Shown: in pieces, positions 1 to 9,769 of the stretch
Position numbering within the stretch: the stretch's first letter is position 1
How the letters are laid out: each line of letters opens with the position of its first letter
Source: Octopus sinensis
Lineage: Eukaryota
Assembly (NCBI RefSeq): GCF_006345805.1
Contig: NW_021823702.1
Span: forward strand, 1-21,855
Length of the DNA: 21,855 nucleotides
Reading direction: 5' to 3'
The notes under the pieces: model-generated
What the model was told of the DNA's origin: nothing
The model's database searches: none
What the model saw: only the letters and a program-made list of their open reading frames with translations
Program-made: the position numbers and the translations under genes

Positions 1-160
1 GAAATATCTTTTTTTATTTTATATGCGCCAGTGAGGCTGGAAGGCAAAACCGGAATTTAACGAATACACTCGAAATATCATGAATACTTTTCAGCACGGA
101 AATATTTTAGAGACTAAAAATATGCCTAACATTTAAAATTAAATGCATGTAGAATATTGG

Positions 161-331
161 TTTGAAAATTTAGCACAAGACCAGCAAGTTAGAGGGAGGG
201 GTAAAGTCACTTATATCGACCATAGTGATCGACTGATACTTATTTTGTCGATTCCGAAAGGGAGAAAGATGAAATCGACGGAATTTGAACGCAGAACAAA
301 GACTGACGAAATACCGCTAAGCATTTTGTCC
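161..331 (-). mobile_element. Degenerate tRNA-derived SINE family A copy (tail 2b)
   Basis: Reverse complement aligns by eye with intact copies at 9503-9733 and 12989-13217 (GGAATTTGAAC B-box region, GAAATACCGCTAAGCATTTT). Tail resembles that of 12736 and 20621. Confidence 0.75.
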
Positions 332-554
332 GTAACAAGTATGCCAGTTTGTCACCTTAAATGCATGTATAATATTATCTATAGAAATAAATATCTCGCA
401 AATATAATGGGAATATTTCTATGTGCAAGGCTGTTGTAAAGAAGTCAATAAAGACGAACAGATTCCAGATTTAGAAGGATAATATAATAATATGCAATGC
501 AAAAATCACTTGGTCCATGTTGGTGAACATACACGTGTTTCCAGTTTTCCGGCT

Positions 555-935
555 TATCCTTTTATTCTCTTATTCATTCACTTTTTCAAGTCAATACACT
601 GCGGCCATGCTGGAGCATCGCCTTGAGTCAAACAAATCGACCCCACGATTTATTCTTTGTAAGCCTAGTACTTATTCTATGCGTCTCTTTTGCCGAACCG
701 CTATGTTGCGGGGACGTAAACACACCAACGTCGATTATCAAGCGGTGCTGGACACACACACACACACTTATATATATACATGCGACGAGAGCTTCTTTCA
801 GTTTTCGTCTACCAAATCCGCTCACAAGGCTTTGGTCTGCCCAAGGCTATAGTAGAAGACACTCATCCAAGGTCACGCAACAGAACTCAACCCAGGACCA
901 TGTGACAGGAAAAAGCTTTAGAAACGACATTGTGT
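555..935 (-). mobile_element. tRNA-derived SINE family C (CORE-like), with internal (CA)n/(TA)n
   Basis: Reverse complement GTGACCTTGGATGAGTGTCTTCTACTATAGCCTTGGGCAGACCAAAGCCTTGTGAGCGGATTTGGTAGACG...GAAAGAAG...ACCGCTTGA...GGGGTCGAT...CAGCATGGCCG is colinear with the plus-strand copy at 16970-17378. Confidence 0.8.
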
Positions 936-1257
936 CAGAGAAAAGATACGATGTGAATTCGTCCTCTGATACATGAACTCCCTTGCTCTTTTCCGTCTCA
1001 TTTTCGGTCATTTTTCAAAATGAAGCTGATGAAAGACACATCTATTACCACTTAGAAACTTCCCAGTTTTCTTTTTTTACATCCCTCTCAGTTTTCTTTA
1101 TTTCTCTCCTTTCTTCTCAATTTGTGATTGTGATGAATGGATTTCGCCCAAAACGTTAACAGTGTTTCTATATTTCTGAGCAAAACCATAATACATAAAC
1201 TTTCATTTTGTCTTTCGTTTTGCGCCCATGCTGTTTATTTTACATATTCTGGTGTGC

Positions 1258-1336
1258 ATGTATATATATACATATTCATAGTATATATATATATACATGT
1301 ACCTCTATATATATGAGTATATATGTCATATACATG

Positions 1337-1369
<33 letters not shown>

Positions 1370-1494
1370 GCATATACATAAATATATATATAAAGAGAGA
1401 GAGAGGGGGGAAGAGTAGGTAGATATGTACTCGTATGCATATATACATAGAAAATTTAGGCGATGTATGCATGTATGTATGTATGTGTACATAT

Positions 1495-1576
<82 letters not shown>

Positions 1577-1662
1577 GTGCATACATACTTGTGTCTCTGT
1601 GTATATATATATTATATGTGCATATACATATACATATATGTATTATACAAACACATACATAC

Positions 1663-1739
<77 letters not shown>

Positions 1740-1814
1740 GTGATTATATTATATGTATATATATATATGTACATACACACACATACACACACACACACAT
1801 ACACATACACATAA

Positions 1815-1849
<35 letters not shown>

Positions 1850-1862
1850 CATATACATACGT
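1258..1862. repeat. Compound microsatellite field (TA)n/(CA)n/(TATG)n/(GA)n
   Basis: Directly visible dinucleotide and tetranucleotide runs. Confidence 0.95.
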
Positions 1863-1867
1863 ATGAA

Positions 1868-1975
1868 AGCACATGGCTCAGTGGTTAGAGCGTCGAGCTT
1901 ACGATCGTGAGGTTGTGAGTTCGAATCCCGGACCGGACTGCGTGTTGTGTTCTTGAGCAAGACACTTTATTTCAC
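1868..1975 (+). mobile_element. tRNA-derived SINE family B, 5' head fragment
   Basis: Pol III A-box TGGCTCAGTGG (1874-1884) and B-box GTTCGAATCC (1919-1928), followed by CORE-like GTGTTCTTGAGCAAGACACTTTATTTCAC. No tRNA acceptor stem. Confidence 0.8.
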
Positions 1976-2256
1976 TTTATTTCACAGATTTTACAGTAGC
2001 TTCGAAAGTTCCATAGAAGAGCAGTTTAGAAACTTACATGCAGATTCACTCATCTCTCAGGCTTATATATCTACAACGCATGAAAGCCTTCGATTGCTTT
2101 CAAGTAAATTTCGTAGACATTGCTAGTAAAATCTCTGAGATATAGAAATAGTTTCCATTACAAACGTAATTCACATAATTTGCCTACAAAAAAAAAAAAA
2201 ATTAAAATCCTATAACGTATTCACAAGTTTTGATATATCTAAAACGTTGTACAAAC

Positions 2257-2425
2257 CAGTGCTCCGCAACTGTTTTTCACTTGCAGTACACTTATGTTCT
2301 TTTCAGAATTCGGCGGTACACCTGAACTAAAAATATAACTAAAAGTATTGGAGAGAAGATTATTTTCAGGTTACACTGCGGCACACCTAGCATCAATTCG
2401 TGGCACACCAGTGTGCGGAGCACTG
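2257..2425. mobile_element. Non-autonomous hAT-type (Charlie-like) MITE, 169 bp
   Basis: Perfect 12-bp TIR CAGTGCTCCGCA (2257-2268) / TGCGGAGCACTG (2414-2425). 8-bp TSD GTACAAAC (2249-2256) / GTATAAAC (2426-2433), 7/8 identical. Subterminal GGCACAC repeats. An 8-bp TSD with CAG termini is typical of hAT elements. Confidence 0.85.
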
Positions 2426-4237
2426 GTATAAACCACATTGAGAAACTAATACTAAGCAATATATAGAGCATTGGAAAACTAACATTAATATCCATGACTC
2501 ACTAAAAGCACACTGTAACCTTTAATCAACAGACAGGTTCTGCCCTCATTCTACTGTGCTACTATTAAACCGGTGTTCGATCATCTGACCAAGATAGTTG
2601 CACATCGTTTCAATCGAGATCCATCTGGAACATCCGTTTCGCATCCATTCACTTACTCATGTTCAAACAGAACATTAACTGTTTATATCAATAGTCTCTG
2701 AGGACCTGCTTAGTGTAACGACACAGTTCCTGTACCTGAGCAAACCCTAAAATATTATCATTTTCTACTTCCTTTACAATATGTTTAAACTTCTCTTGAC
2801 TGTTGTTTGTATGTAAAAATTGGCGAGCCAGTTAAATAGAAAAGTGTATGGTTCTGGTTATGAAGGTTTGTGGAAAGTGTTTATAGTGGAATTTAGGGCA
2901 TGAATCATGGTATGGATGTATGGACGTCTAGTAAGCTACAGTGGCGGTGGAAGGTAGCTTCGTTGTTCAGAGGAGTAAAAAGAAATTAGTAATATTTTCT
3001 GGAACATATCTATTTATTCTTATAATTAGACCTTCGACGTATTATATACAAATTCCAGCTATACAGATTACAAATGGGTTAATGAATATATAATTTAAGT
3101 GCCATGATGGTTTTAATTCAAAAGTTAGGCAGATTCAGCAGACTTCTACAATGACAATATAGTAACTTCGTATGACTATATCGATTATTATTATACAATT
3201 GCCATTTTTCTAATATAAAATGATATGAAATATATGGTGCTTTGCCTGGCGTTTATAATCTCACGTTCCACAGTATTTTTGCATTGCCATTTCCTAAGAT
3301 AGGTGTATGTTCATATGAGTAGCAAAAAGATTTTTACTAGAAAAGTTAAAATTTGGAAGCTAGGTGTATGTATATCAGCTTTCTGTATAATTGTGTCGCC
3401 AAGAGTATTTCGCCCGAGCTAGTGTATACTTGATATAATTCAGTGTATTTTAGAAAATACTATAGGCGATATTTGTCATAAATATTGTAGGAAATACGAA
3501 TACTCCTTTAAATGTATCTAGGGTTGATGCTCTTTTTTAAAGTGTAAGTGGTTTTATCTCTCTCATACTATCTGTTCATCCAAACCATGTATACTATAAA
3601 ATTTGCATGCGAGGCGTTCAGTTCATAGAAGTAATTGCCATCTAAACGGATACCCTTCATTGCTTTTTTCCCCCTTAATTGACAAATGCGCTATCAGTAT
3701 GCACATTTTACTGACGAACCTTACAAAAGATGAAACTAGTGGTACGACAATCGCATTTAACTGCTGAAGTTCCTCTAGTTTTTCCCCGTATTGTATTTCC
3801 ACCCAATGCGAAACGAAATACGCATTCATTAAACATATCGTCTGAGAATTTTGTGTGCACATAGGTTCGTAACCGCCACACAGTGTCATTAATTATTCAT
3901 TTTATTATTCTCGAGCGGTTGTTGTCACGTGAAGAACAACTCCAGATATCAGTCCAATTCATCATTCCACAACTCACCTTTGACAAGGTGGAGGTAGGAA
4001 GTGTTCCTCCGTCAGGTGGCTAAGACAAAAAAATGGTTGTGTAGTGGATGAGGCTGAAACGAATGAGGATAGACTTTTCCAAGTCCCGAGGAAAGTGAAA
4101 GTGGATAGGGAAGCGCTCTCTCCAGAGAATTTCTCAAAAGATGGGTAAGTGTTGCAAAAAGGATGAGGGTGATTAAAACTACTCAAAATATGCACCAGTA
4201 TATTGGAGAAAAACATTTGAGAGAGGGTTTGTGGCAA

Positions 4238-4338
4238 TAGGAACTGGATTTGTAAACAGCTTATCAATGGTCCATTGACGCTTTTTTTCTGATAACACTG
4301 GTGCCCAGAGGACAGATGATTTCCTCAACAGGACAACT
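4238..4338 (-). pseudogene. Second, more decayed fragment of the R4/Dong-like RLE domain
   Basis: Minus translation VEEIICPLGTSVIRK...NGPLISCLQIQF aligns with VVEISCLLDTNVVRK...YGPLIRSSQIQY of the 4425-4891 fragment. TTATCAATGGTCCAT is shared exactly (4261-4275 and 4640-4654). Confidence 0.7.
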
Positions 4339-4424
4339 ATGTATGCATGTATGTATGTATGTATGTATGTATGTATGTATGTATGTATGTATGTATGTAT
4401 GTATGTATGTATGTATGTATGTAT
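4338..4424. repeat. (TATG)n microsatellite, about 21 units
   Basis: Directly visible, with one CATG variant. Confidence 0.97.
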
Positions 4425-4888
4425 ATTCTCTTTCTCTTTTCAATGTAGAGTAAATTTTGACCGGCCACCAACTTGATAGAAAGGTTGTGAAGAAAAGTAT
4501 CTTAATTTAACTGTCATCCTTTAAATATTACGGTCTTTCAGATTTTTATTGCTCCAGGCGGATTGGTATGTATTCTGTTACTCCAATAATAATGGTATGA
4601 AACTGAAAGTGTATCTTGGGTACTGAATTTGCGAACTCCTTATCAATGGTCCATAGATGTCCTCTTTATCTTGTATTTTTCTAACCACATTCGTGTCCAG
4701 GAGGCAACTGATTTCAACAACTGTGTTTTAACCTGGTGGTTCCTTTAATTCTTGTGTTTCACCAATATTCTTTTGAACCATCGGTCTCAATACCGTCAAG
4801 CTCGCTTGTAGGTATTTTCTGTTTTGTTCTGGCTACCGCATTGTATTTCATGAGAAGATATCTGGAAGACATTCTCTCACATTTGGCA

Positions 4889-4891
<3 letters not shown>
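4425..4891 (-). pseudogene. 5'-truncated, frameshifted 3' end of an R4/Dong-clade-like non-LTR retrotransposon ORF (end of zinc knuckle plus RLE endonuclease)
   Basis: Minus translation across two frameshifts and a stop: IAKCERMSSRYLLMKYNAVA...KEYW*NTRIKGTTRLKH / VVEISCLLDTNVVRKIQDKEDIYGPLIRSSQIQYPRYTFSFIP / IIIGVTEYIP. This matches from memory the Dong/R4 C-terminal pattern (C-x-x-MSSRY..RH.AVA, EYWWN, EISCP, K..Y.PL, PIIIG..GYIP). The PD catalytic segment appears deleted. Confidence 0.8.
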
Positions 4892-4921
<30 letters not shown>

Positions 4922-4974
4922 TGTATGTATGTATGTATGTATGTATGTATGTATGTGGTATGTATGTATGTATG
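4892..4974. repeat. (TATG)n microsatellite, about 20 units
   Basis: Directly visible, with one interruption near 4957. Confidence 0.97.
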
Positions 4975-5199
4975 AGCCCTGGAGCAAATCTTTGCAACAT
5001 CCTCATTAAGTAAACTGCTAAATACTTCAACAAGACCAAAACAGTCCTTCTCAAATCATTGACCTGCTACCAATAAGCGATGCTACGTATACAAAAGAAT
5101 AATACTCCAAATACTTGCGTACTGTGGACATATGCACAGATGACACAAAAGGCATCATGTCCTATTCTGAAGTTAGTGCAACAATATGACCTGTCTATA

Positions 5200-5830
5200 T
5201 TATATAATACAATACAATAAACTACAATACTATAGAATACAAATTAATACAATACAACACATAAATACATATACACACATCCATACATATATACATATAT
5301 ACATATATACATACATACACATACATAAATACATGCATACATACTTATACACACACATATATTCAAGTGTGCGCACCTCTGTGTGTTTATATATATGTGT
5401 ATGTGTGTATATAAATATATGTGTGTATGTGTGTATATATGTCTATGTGTATATCTCTATATATGTGCATACACACACGCACACACACACATGCACACAC
5501 AAACATATATACCTACACATATACATACATCAGCGTGGGCATCTACGTATACCTTCATGTATATCTATATATATGTATGGGTTATTTGTTCATGTGTATA
5601 TAGTGTATATAATTATAAATGTAAAATGTGTGTTAATTTTCTATCGCTCGAATGATCTCTCTCTCTCTCTCCCTCTCTTAAATACACACATTATACTGGC
5701 TACATATTTTCCTATACATGTACAGAAACGTGTACTTCATATACGTGCATGCAAAAATACATACACACATAAGCATACATATGTATACAAACATGCATAT
5801 CTACATACCTACCTACATATATACATGCAT

Positions 5831-5891
<61 letters not shown>

Positions 5892-5906
5892 ACCTGGGTT
5901 GCTGAA

Positions 5907-5948
<42 letters not shown>

Positions 5949-6220
5949 TACATATATGTACATATTGTACACAGTCAGGTAATGCTGATATGTATGTAGT
6001 ACGTGTGTAGTACATGCATACGTGTATACATACATATATACATACAAATATATATATATATATAATATATATATATATATATTATATATATATATATGGG
6101 TTGCTGAACTTATATATATATATATATGTTCATATATATATATATGTACATATTGTACACAGTCAGGTAATGCTGATATGTATGTAGTACGCACATATAT
6201 GTATATATATATATATATGC
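5200..6220. repeat. Compound degenerate microsatellite field (AATAC, CATA, TA, CA, CT)
   Basis: Directly visible; source of the spurious 239-aa and 210-aa ORFs. Confidence 0.9.
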
Positions 6221-6261
6221 GTACTACATACATATCAGCATTACCTGACTGTGTACAATAT
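6150..6261. repeat. Perfect 44-bp inverted repeat with a 24-nt AT-rich loop
   Basis: Arm 6150-6193 ATATTGTACACAGTCAGGTAATGCTGATATGTATGTAGTACGCA is the exact reverse complement of 6218-6261. A further direct copy of the arm lies at about 5955-6003. Confidence 0.95.
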
Positions 6262-6649
6262 GGCTGAACTGGCTGACGAACAAATGAGATTAAGTCCCTT
6301 GATACGTGGAAGTAAATAGTGAGAAACTGACAGGTAAGTAGCATTCATTGTCTACTCAATGTCTCCTTGTACTCATTAATACTGAACGGCACTCTTTTGT
6401 CAGTATACTAATATTAAGTTGAATACTGACGCATCTGTGGCCATTGAAACACTAGCCCTCTGCATCTCTACACCTACTCCAGCCGCGAAACTAATTCGAT
6501 TGTGGAATAATGCCAGTTAAACTCTGATCTGAGTTATAATTAATGTCACTATCATTCATGTTTTTTTTTTCTGTCTTTTATTCCTTTTTTGTTTTACTTT
6601 ATTCTTTGATTACTGTGTGTTTTCTACATCTGTATTCCAGACACAATTA

Positions 6650-6711
6650 TGTGTTATGCGCGAATGTGTGTGTGTGTTTGTGTGCGTGCGTCTGCATATG
6701 TATATGTGTGC

Positions 6712-6761
<50 letters not shown>

Positions 6762-6860
6762 AGACAGAAAGGCAATGAGAGAGAGAGAGAGGAAACAGAA
6801 AGGCAATGAGAGAGAGAGAGAGAGAGAGGAAACAGAAAGGCAATGAGAGAGAGAGAGAAA
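6650..6860. repeat. (TG)n-(GA)n compound microsatellite plus three-unit minisatellite ACAGAAAGGCAAT(GA)n
   Basis: Directly visible. Confidence 0.95.
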
Positions 6861-6939
6861 GGGGGAGTAAGAGTCAGGCACAGGTGGAAATAAAGAAATA
6901 AACTTTACAGATACATGTATGTATATGGAACTCTACCCA

Positions 6940-7193
6940 TTGTGTGTGTTTGTGTGTGTAGATAGATAAGTAATTAGATATACATACACATGTACACACA
7001 TAATATATAAGTGTATGTATGCGTGTGCGCAACTTTTATATGATCTACATATCTATGTACATAAATGCCTTAATACACACACACACGCGCGCGCCCATAT
7101 ACATACATATATATACATATACTTATATGTTTCTGTGCGTGCTTGTATGTGTGTTTGTGTTCGTGCGTGCTCGCGTGTGTGTGCGTATGTGGG

Positions 7194-7235
<42 letters not shown>

Positions 7236-7255
7236 AATGCGCGCGCGTGTGTGAT
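6940..7255. repeat. Degenerate (TG)n/(CA)n/(TA)n field
   Basis: Directly visible. Confidence 0.9.
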
Positions 7256-7981
7256 TATGCAGCTCCTGGTCTTGGTAGGGAAGTTTGTTTACCTTAATAG
7301 TATTAATTTGGGATCAGTCTGGCAGGAATCATATCTTGAAGTGAACCAATTATCACGCCTTATCGATCTTCAAGATGTCCTTTCCGAGCAATGAAGGAGC
7401 TTTTTTTTTTTGTGAACCAAAATACAAAAACAACGCCAATCTATAGCAATAAATTGATAAAACAATGGTGTTTATTTTTGTCCTTTTTTTTCCAGTGAGA
7501 GAGCGCATGTTTGAGTTCTTGCAAAATAGGATATTTAACTCGTGCCAGTCAGTGCATAGTTAAACGTTTGGATAGAGATGTGGGTGTTCGGCATGAAGCC
7601 AAATGAAGAGGTGAAAGGGATTGTGCTTTAAATCAAATCTAGTATTTTTCTTGTGATTTATTATTAAGCTCACGTAGAGTGAGTAAATTGACCCCTGTAG
7701 TACCTGAACACGAAATGTAAAAATTCAGAAGTACATACTCTAACTAACCTTGTCCGATGCTCTCCTACTTCCTTTGCCCACCTGTATCTAAAAATAATTT
7801 TTTATACAACTATGAAGCCTGTGATTTATGAAAGAATGCTATAGAAATCGCGTTGTTGTGTCGTTCATTCATTAACTAATGATACTGAAAAAATGAAGCA
7901 TGAACCAAAGAGGGAGCCTCATTCAGTTGGAAATGCTAGCTGAATCTCCGTTTTGTCATTGAATAATACCTTGTAAAATGA

Positions 7982-8190
7982 TTTGAAATTTTCGTAAAAG
8001 ATCAGAGATTTCGAGGGAGGGGGACTAGTCGATTACATCGACCCCAGCATTTAACTGGTACTTATTTTTTCGACTCCGGAATGATAAAAGGCAAAGTCGG
8101 CCTCGACAGGATTTGAACTCAGAAAGTTAAAGATGAACGAAGCGCCGTTAAGCATTTTGCCCAATGTACTAACGATTCTGCCAGCTCCCC
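7982..8190 (-). mobile_element. SINE family A copy, older (tail 2b-like)
   Basis: AGTCGATTACATCGACCCCAG, GGCAAAGTCGG, ATTTGAACTCAGAA and CTAACGATTCTGCCAGCTC motifs in the expected order. Confidence 0.85.
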
Positions 8191-8541
8191 TGTAAGAATG
8201 AAAGAAAACATTAGATGAGATTATATAATCCTACGTACTTTACGAAGACGGGATGGTCATGGTTGGAGTGCCTTTGATTATATTTCTTCACGATCAGAGA
8301 TAATCTAGTGCTAAACAGCTACAAATGTAGCTGTGTTCTAATTAGGGATTACAAAAGAGCTCTTACATTTTCTGTAAGATGACTGTAGCAGAAAAGTTCC
8401 CTCAACGAACTCTGCTATTAGTTTTAAAATGGAGGACAACCTTGATCAGTCACAGATTTGAGAAAGAATTTACTTTGTAAATAATCTTTGTATCAATCTT
8501 ATACTATGAATCCATTCACACCCTGATAAGAATATTATTTA

Positions 8542-8690
8542 GATCCGAGTGCTTGACTGATACTTTATTTTATCGATCCACGAAGAGATAAATGGCAAAG
8601 TTGACATTGAAAGGATTTGAACTTACAACATAAAGACTAAATAAATGTCACAGGTATATTGTTCGACGCTCTAACGATTCGGTCAAGCCA
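8542..8690 (-). mobile_element. Highly degenerate SINE family A fragment
   Basis: TTTTATCGATCC...GGCAAAGTTGAC...GGATTTGAACTTACAAC...CTAACGATTC motifs in order. Confidence 0.65.
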
Positions 8691-8951
8691 ACGTCTGTAC
8701 GTTGAGAAAATCTTGAGCCAAAATGTCGAGTCAACGACCGACATTAAAAGCGCGGACATACAATAAACATAGCATGGCTAGTGGTTGATTTGATCTCTCT
8801 TTGACCTAGAAATAATATAGCTGAAGTAACACCAGCAACAGCAACAGAAACAAGCGGAGGAATAACAATAGCAGCCACAAGGCAATAATAAAAGCAAATG
8901 ATCTATGGCATGATCTACATTTATCCTTTGCAATATTCAATTCAGTATTTT

Positions 8952-9088
8952 TTTCTATTATAGGCATAAGGCCTGAAATTTTGGGGGAGGAAGCCAGTCG
9001 ATTAGAGCGACCCTAGTACATACCTAGTACTTAATTTATCAACCCCAAAGGATGAAAGGCAAAGTCGAACTCGGCGGAATTTGAACTC
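8952..9088 (-). mobile_element. 5'-truncated SINE family A copy (tail 2a), left arm of palindrome
   Basis: Body from the B-box region through tail CCTCCCCCAAAATTTCAGGCCTTATGCCTATAATAGAAAA on the minus strand. Confidence 0.9.
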
Positions 9089-9102
9089 AGAACGTAAAGA
9101 CA

Positions 9103-9244
9103 GAGTTCAAATTCCGCCGAGGTCGACTTTGGCTTTCATCCTTTCGGGGTCAATAAATTAAGCACCAGATGCGTACTGGTATTGATCTAATTGACTGTCC
9201 CTCCCCCCCAAAAAAATTTAGGGTCTTTTGCCTAGAGTAGAAAG
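9103..9244 (+). mobile_element. 5'-truncated SINE family A copy (tail 2a), right arm of palindrome
   Basis: GAGTTCAAATTCCGCCGAGGTCGACTTTGGCTTTCATCCTTTCGGGGTC...CCTCCCCCC...GCCTAGAGTAGAAAG. Confidence 0.9.
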
Positions 9245-9258
9245 CAATATTTTTTGTC

Positions 9259-9471
9259 TTTCGACTATAATTACAAGGTCTGAGCTTTTGTGGGAGGGAA
9301 CTAGTTGATTACACCGACGCCAGTGCTCAAATGTTACTTTTTTAATCGATCACGAAAGGATGAAAGGCAAAGCTGACCTCAGGAGAATTTGAACTCACAA
9401 CGTAATGAGTCAGAAGATAGACTGCATAGCATTTTTGTCCGACATGCTAATGATTCTGTCAGCTTACTGCC
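9259..9471 (-). mobile_element. SINE family A copy, older (tail 2a-like)
   Basis: GAAAGGATGAAAGGCAAAGCTGACCTC...ATTTGAACTCACAACGT...CTAATGATTCTGTCAGCTTACTGCC. Confidence 0.85.
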
Positions 9472-9502
9472 TTTGCTTTGACTCAATATTAATTAAAGGG
9501 AA

Positions 9503-9733
9503 GGCGGCGAGCTGGCAGAAACGCTAGCACGCCGGGCGAAATGCGTAGCCGAATTTCGTCTGCCGTTACGTTCTGAGTTCAAATTCCGCCGAGGTCGGCT
9601 TTGCCTTTCATCCTTTCGGAGTCGATGAATAAAGTACTAGTTACGCACTTGGGTCGATGTAATCGCCTTAATCCCTTTGTCTGTCCTTGTTTGTCTCCTC
9701 TACGTTTAGCCCCTTGTGGGCAATAAAGAAATA
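9503..9733 (+). mobile_element. Full-length young SINE family A copy (tail 1)
   Basis: Head GGCGGCGAGCTGGCAGAAACG, B-box GAGTTCAAATTCC, tail GTTTAGCCCCTTGTGGGCAATAAAGAAATA. Near-identical to 12989, 16482 and 17525. Confidence 0.95.
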
Positions 9734-9769
9734 TATATATATATATATATATGCATGTATATTAGGCGG

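Noticed and set aside
143-976. ORFs 143-439, 517-852, 623-976 and 628-825
   Set aside because: They lie largely within SINE A and SINE C copies, with no protein-like features.
1005-1070. Hammerhead-like CTGATGA...GAAAC with an upstream GTC
   Set aside because: Stem I and stem II closing pairs are mismatched, and stem III has only about 3 bp.
1868-1945. Possible tRNA gene (A-box and B-box present)
   Set aside because: No acceptor stem or well-paired anticodon arm, and it continues into a CORE-like SINE body, so it is a SINE head.
4975-5190. Possible third RLE copy or upstream continuation of the Dong-like ORF beyond the TATG array
   Set aside because: No frame gives the expected CRLC zinc-knuckle start or C-terminal motifs; only a weak VAKIC resemblance.
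5186-6344. Long ORFs of 239 aa and 210 aa
   Set aside because: Translations of TA/CA/CATA microsatellites (YI/HT/CV repeats).
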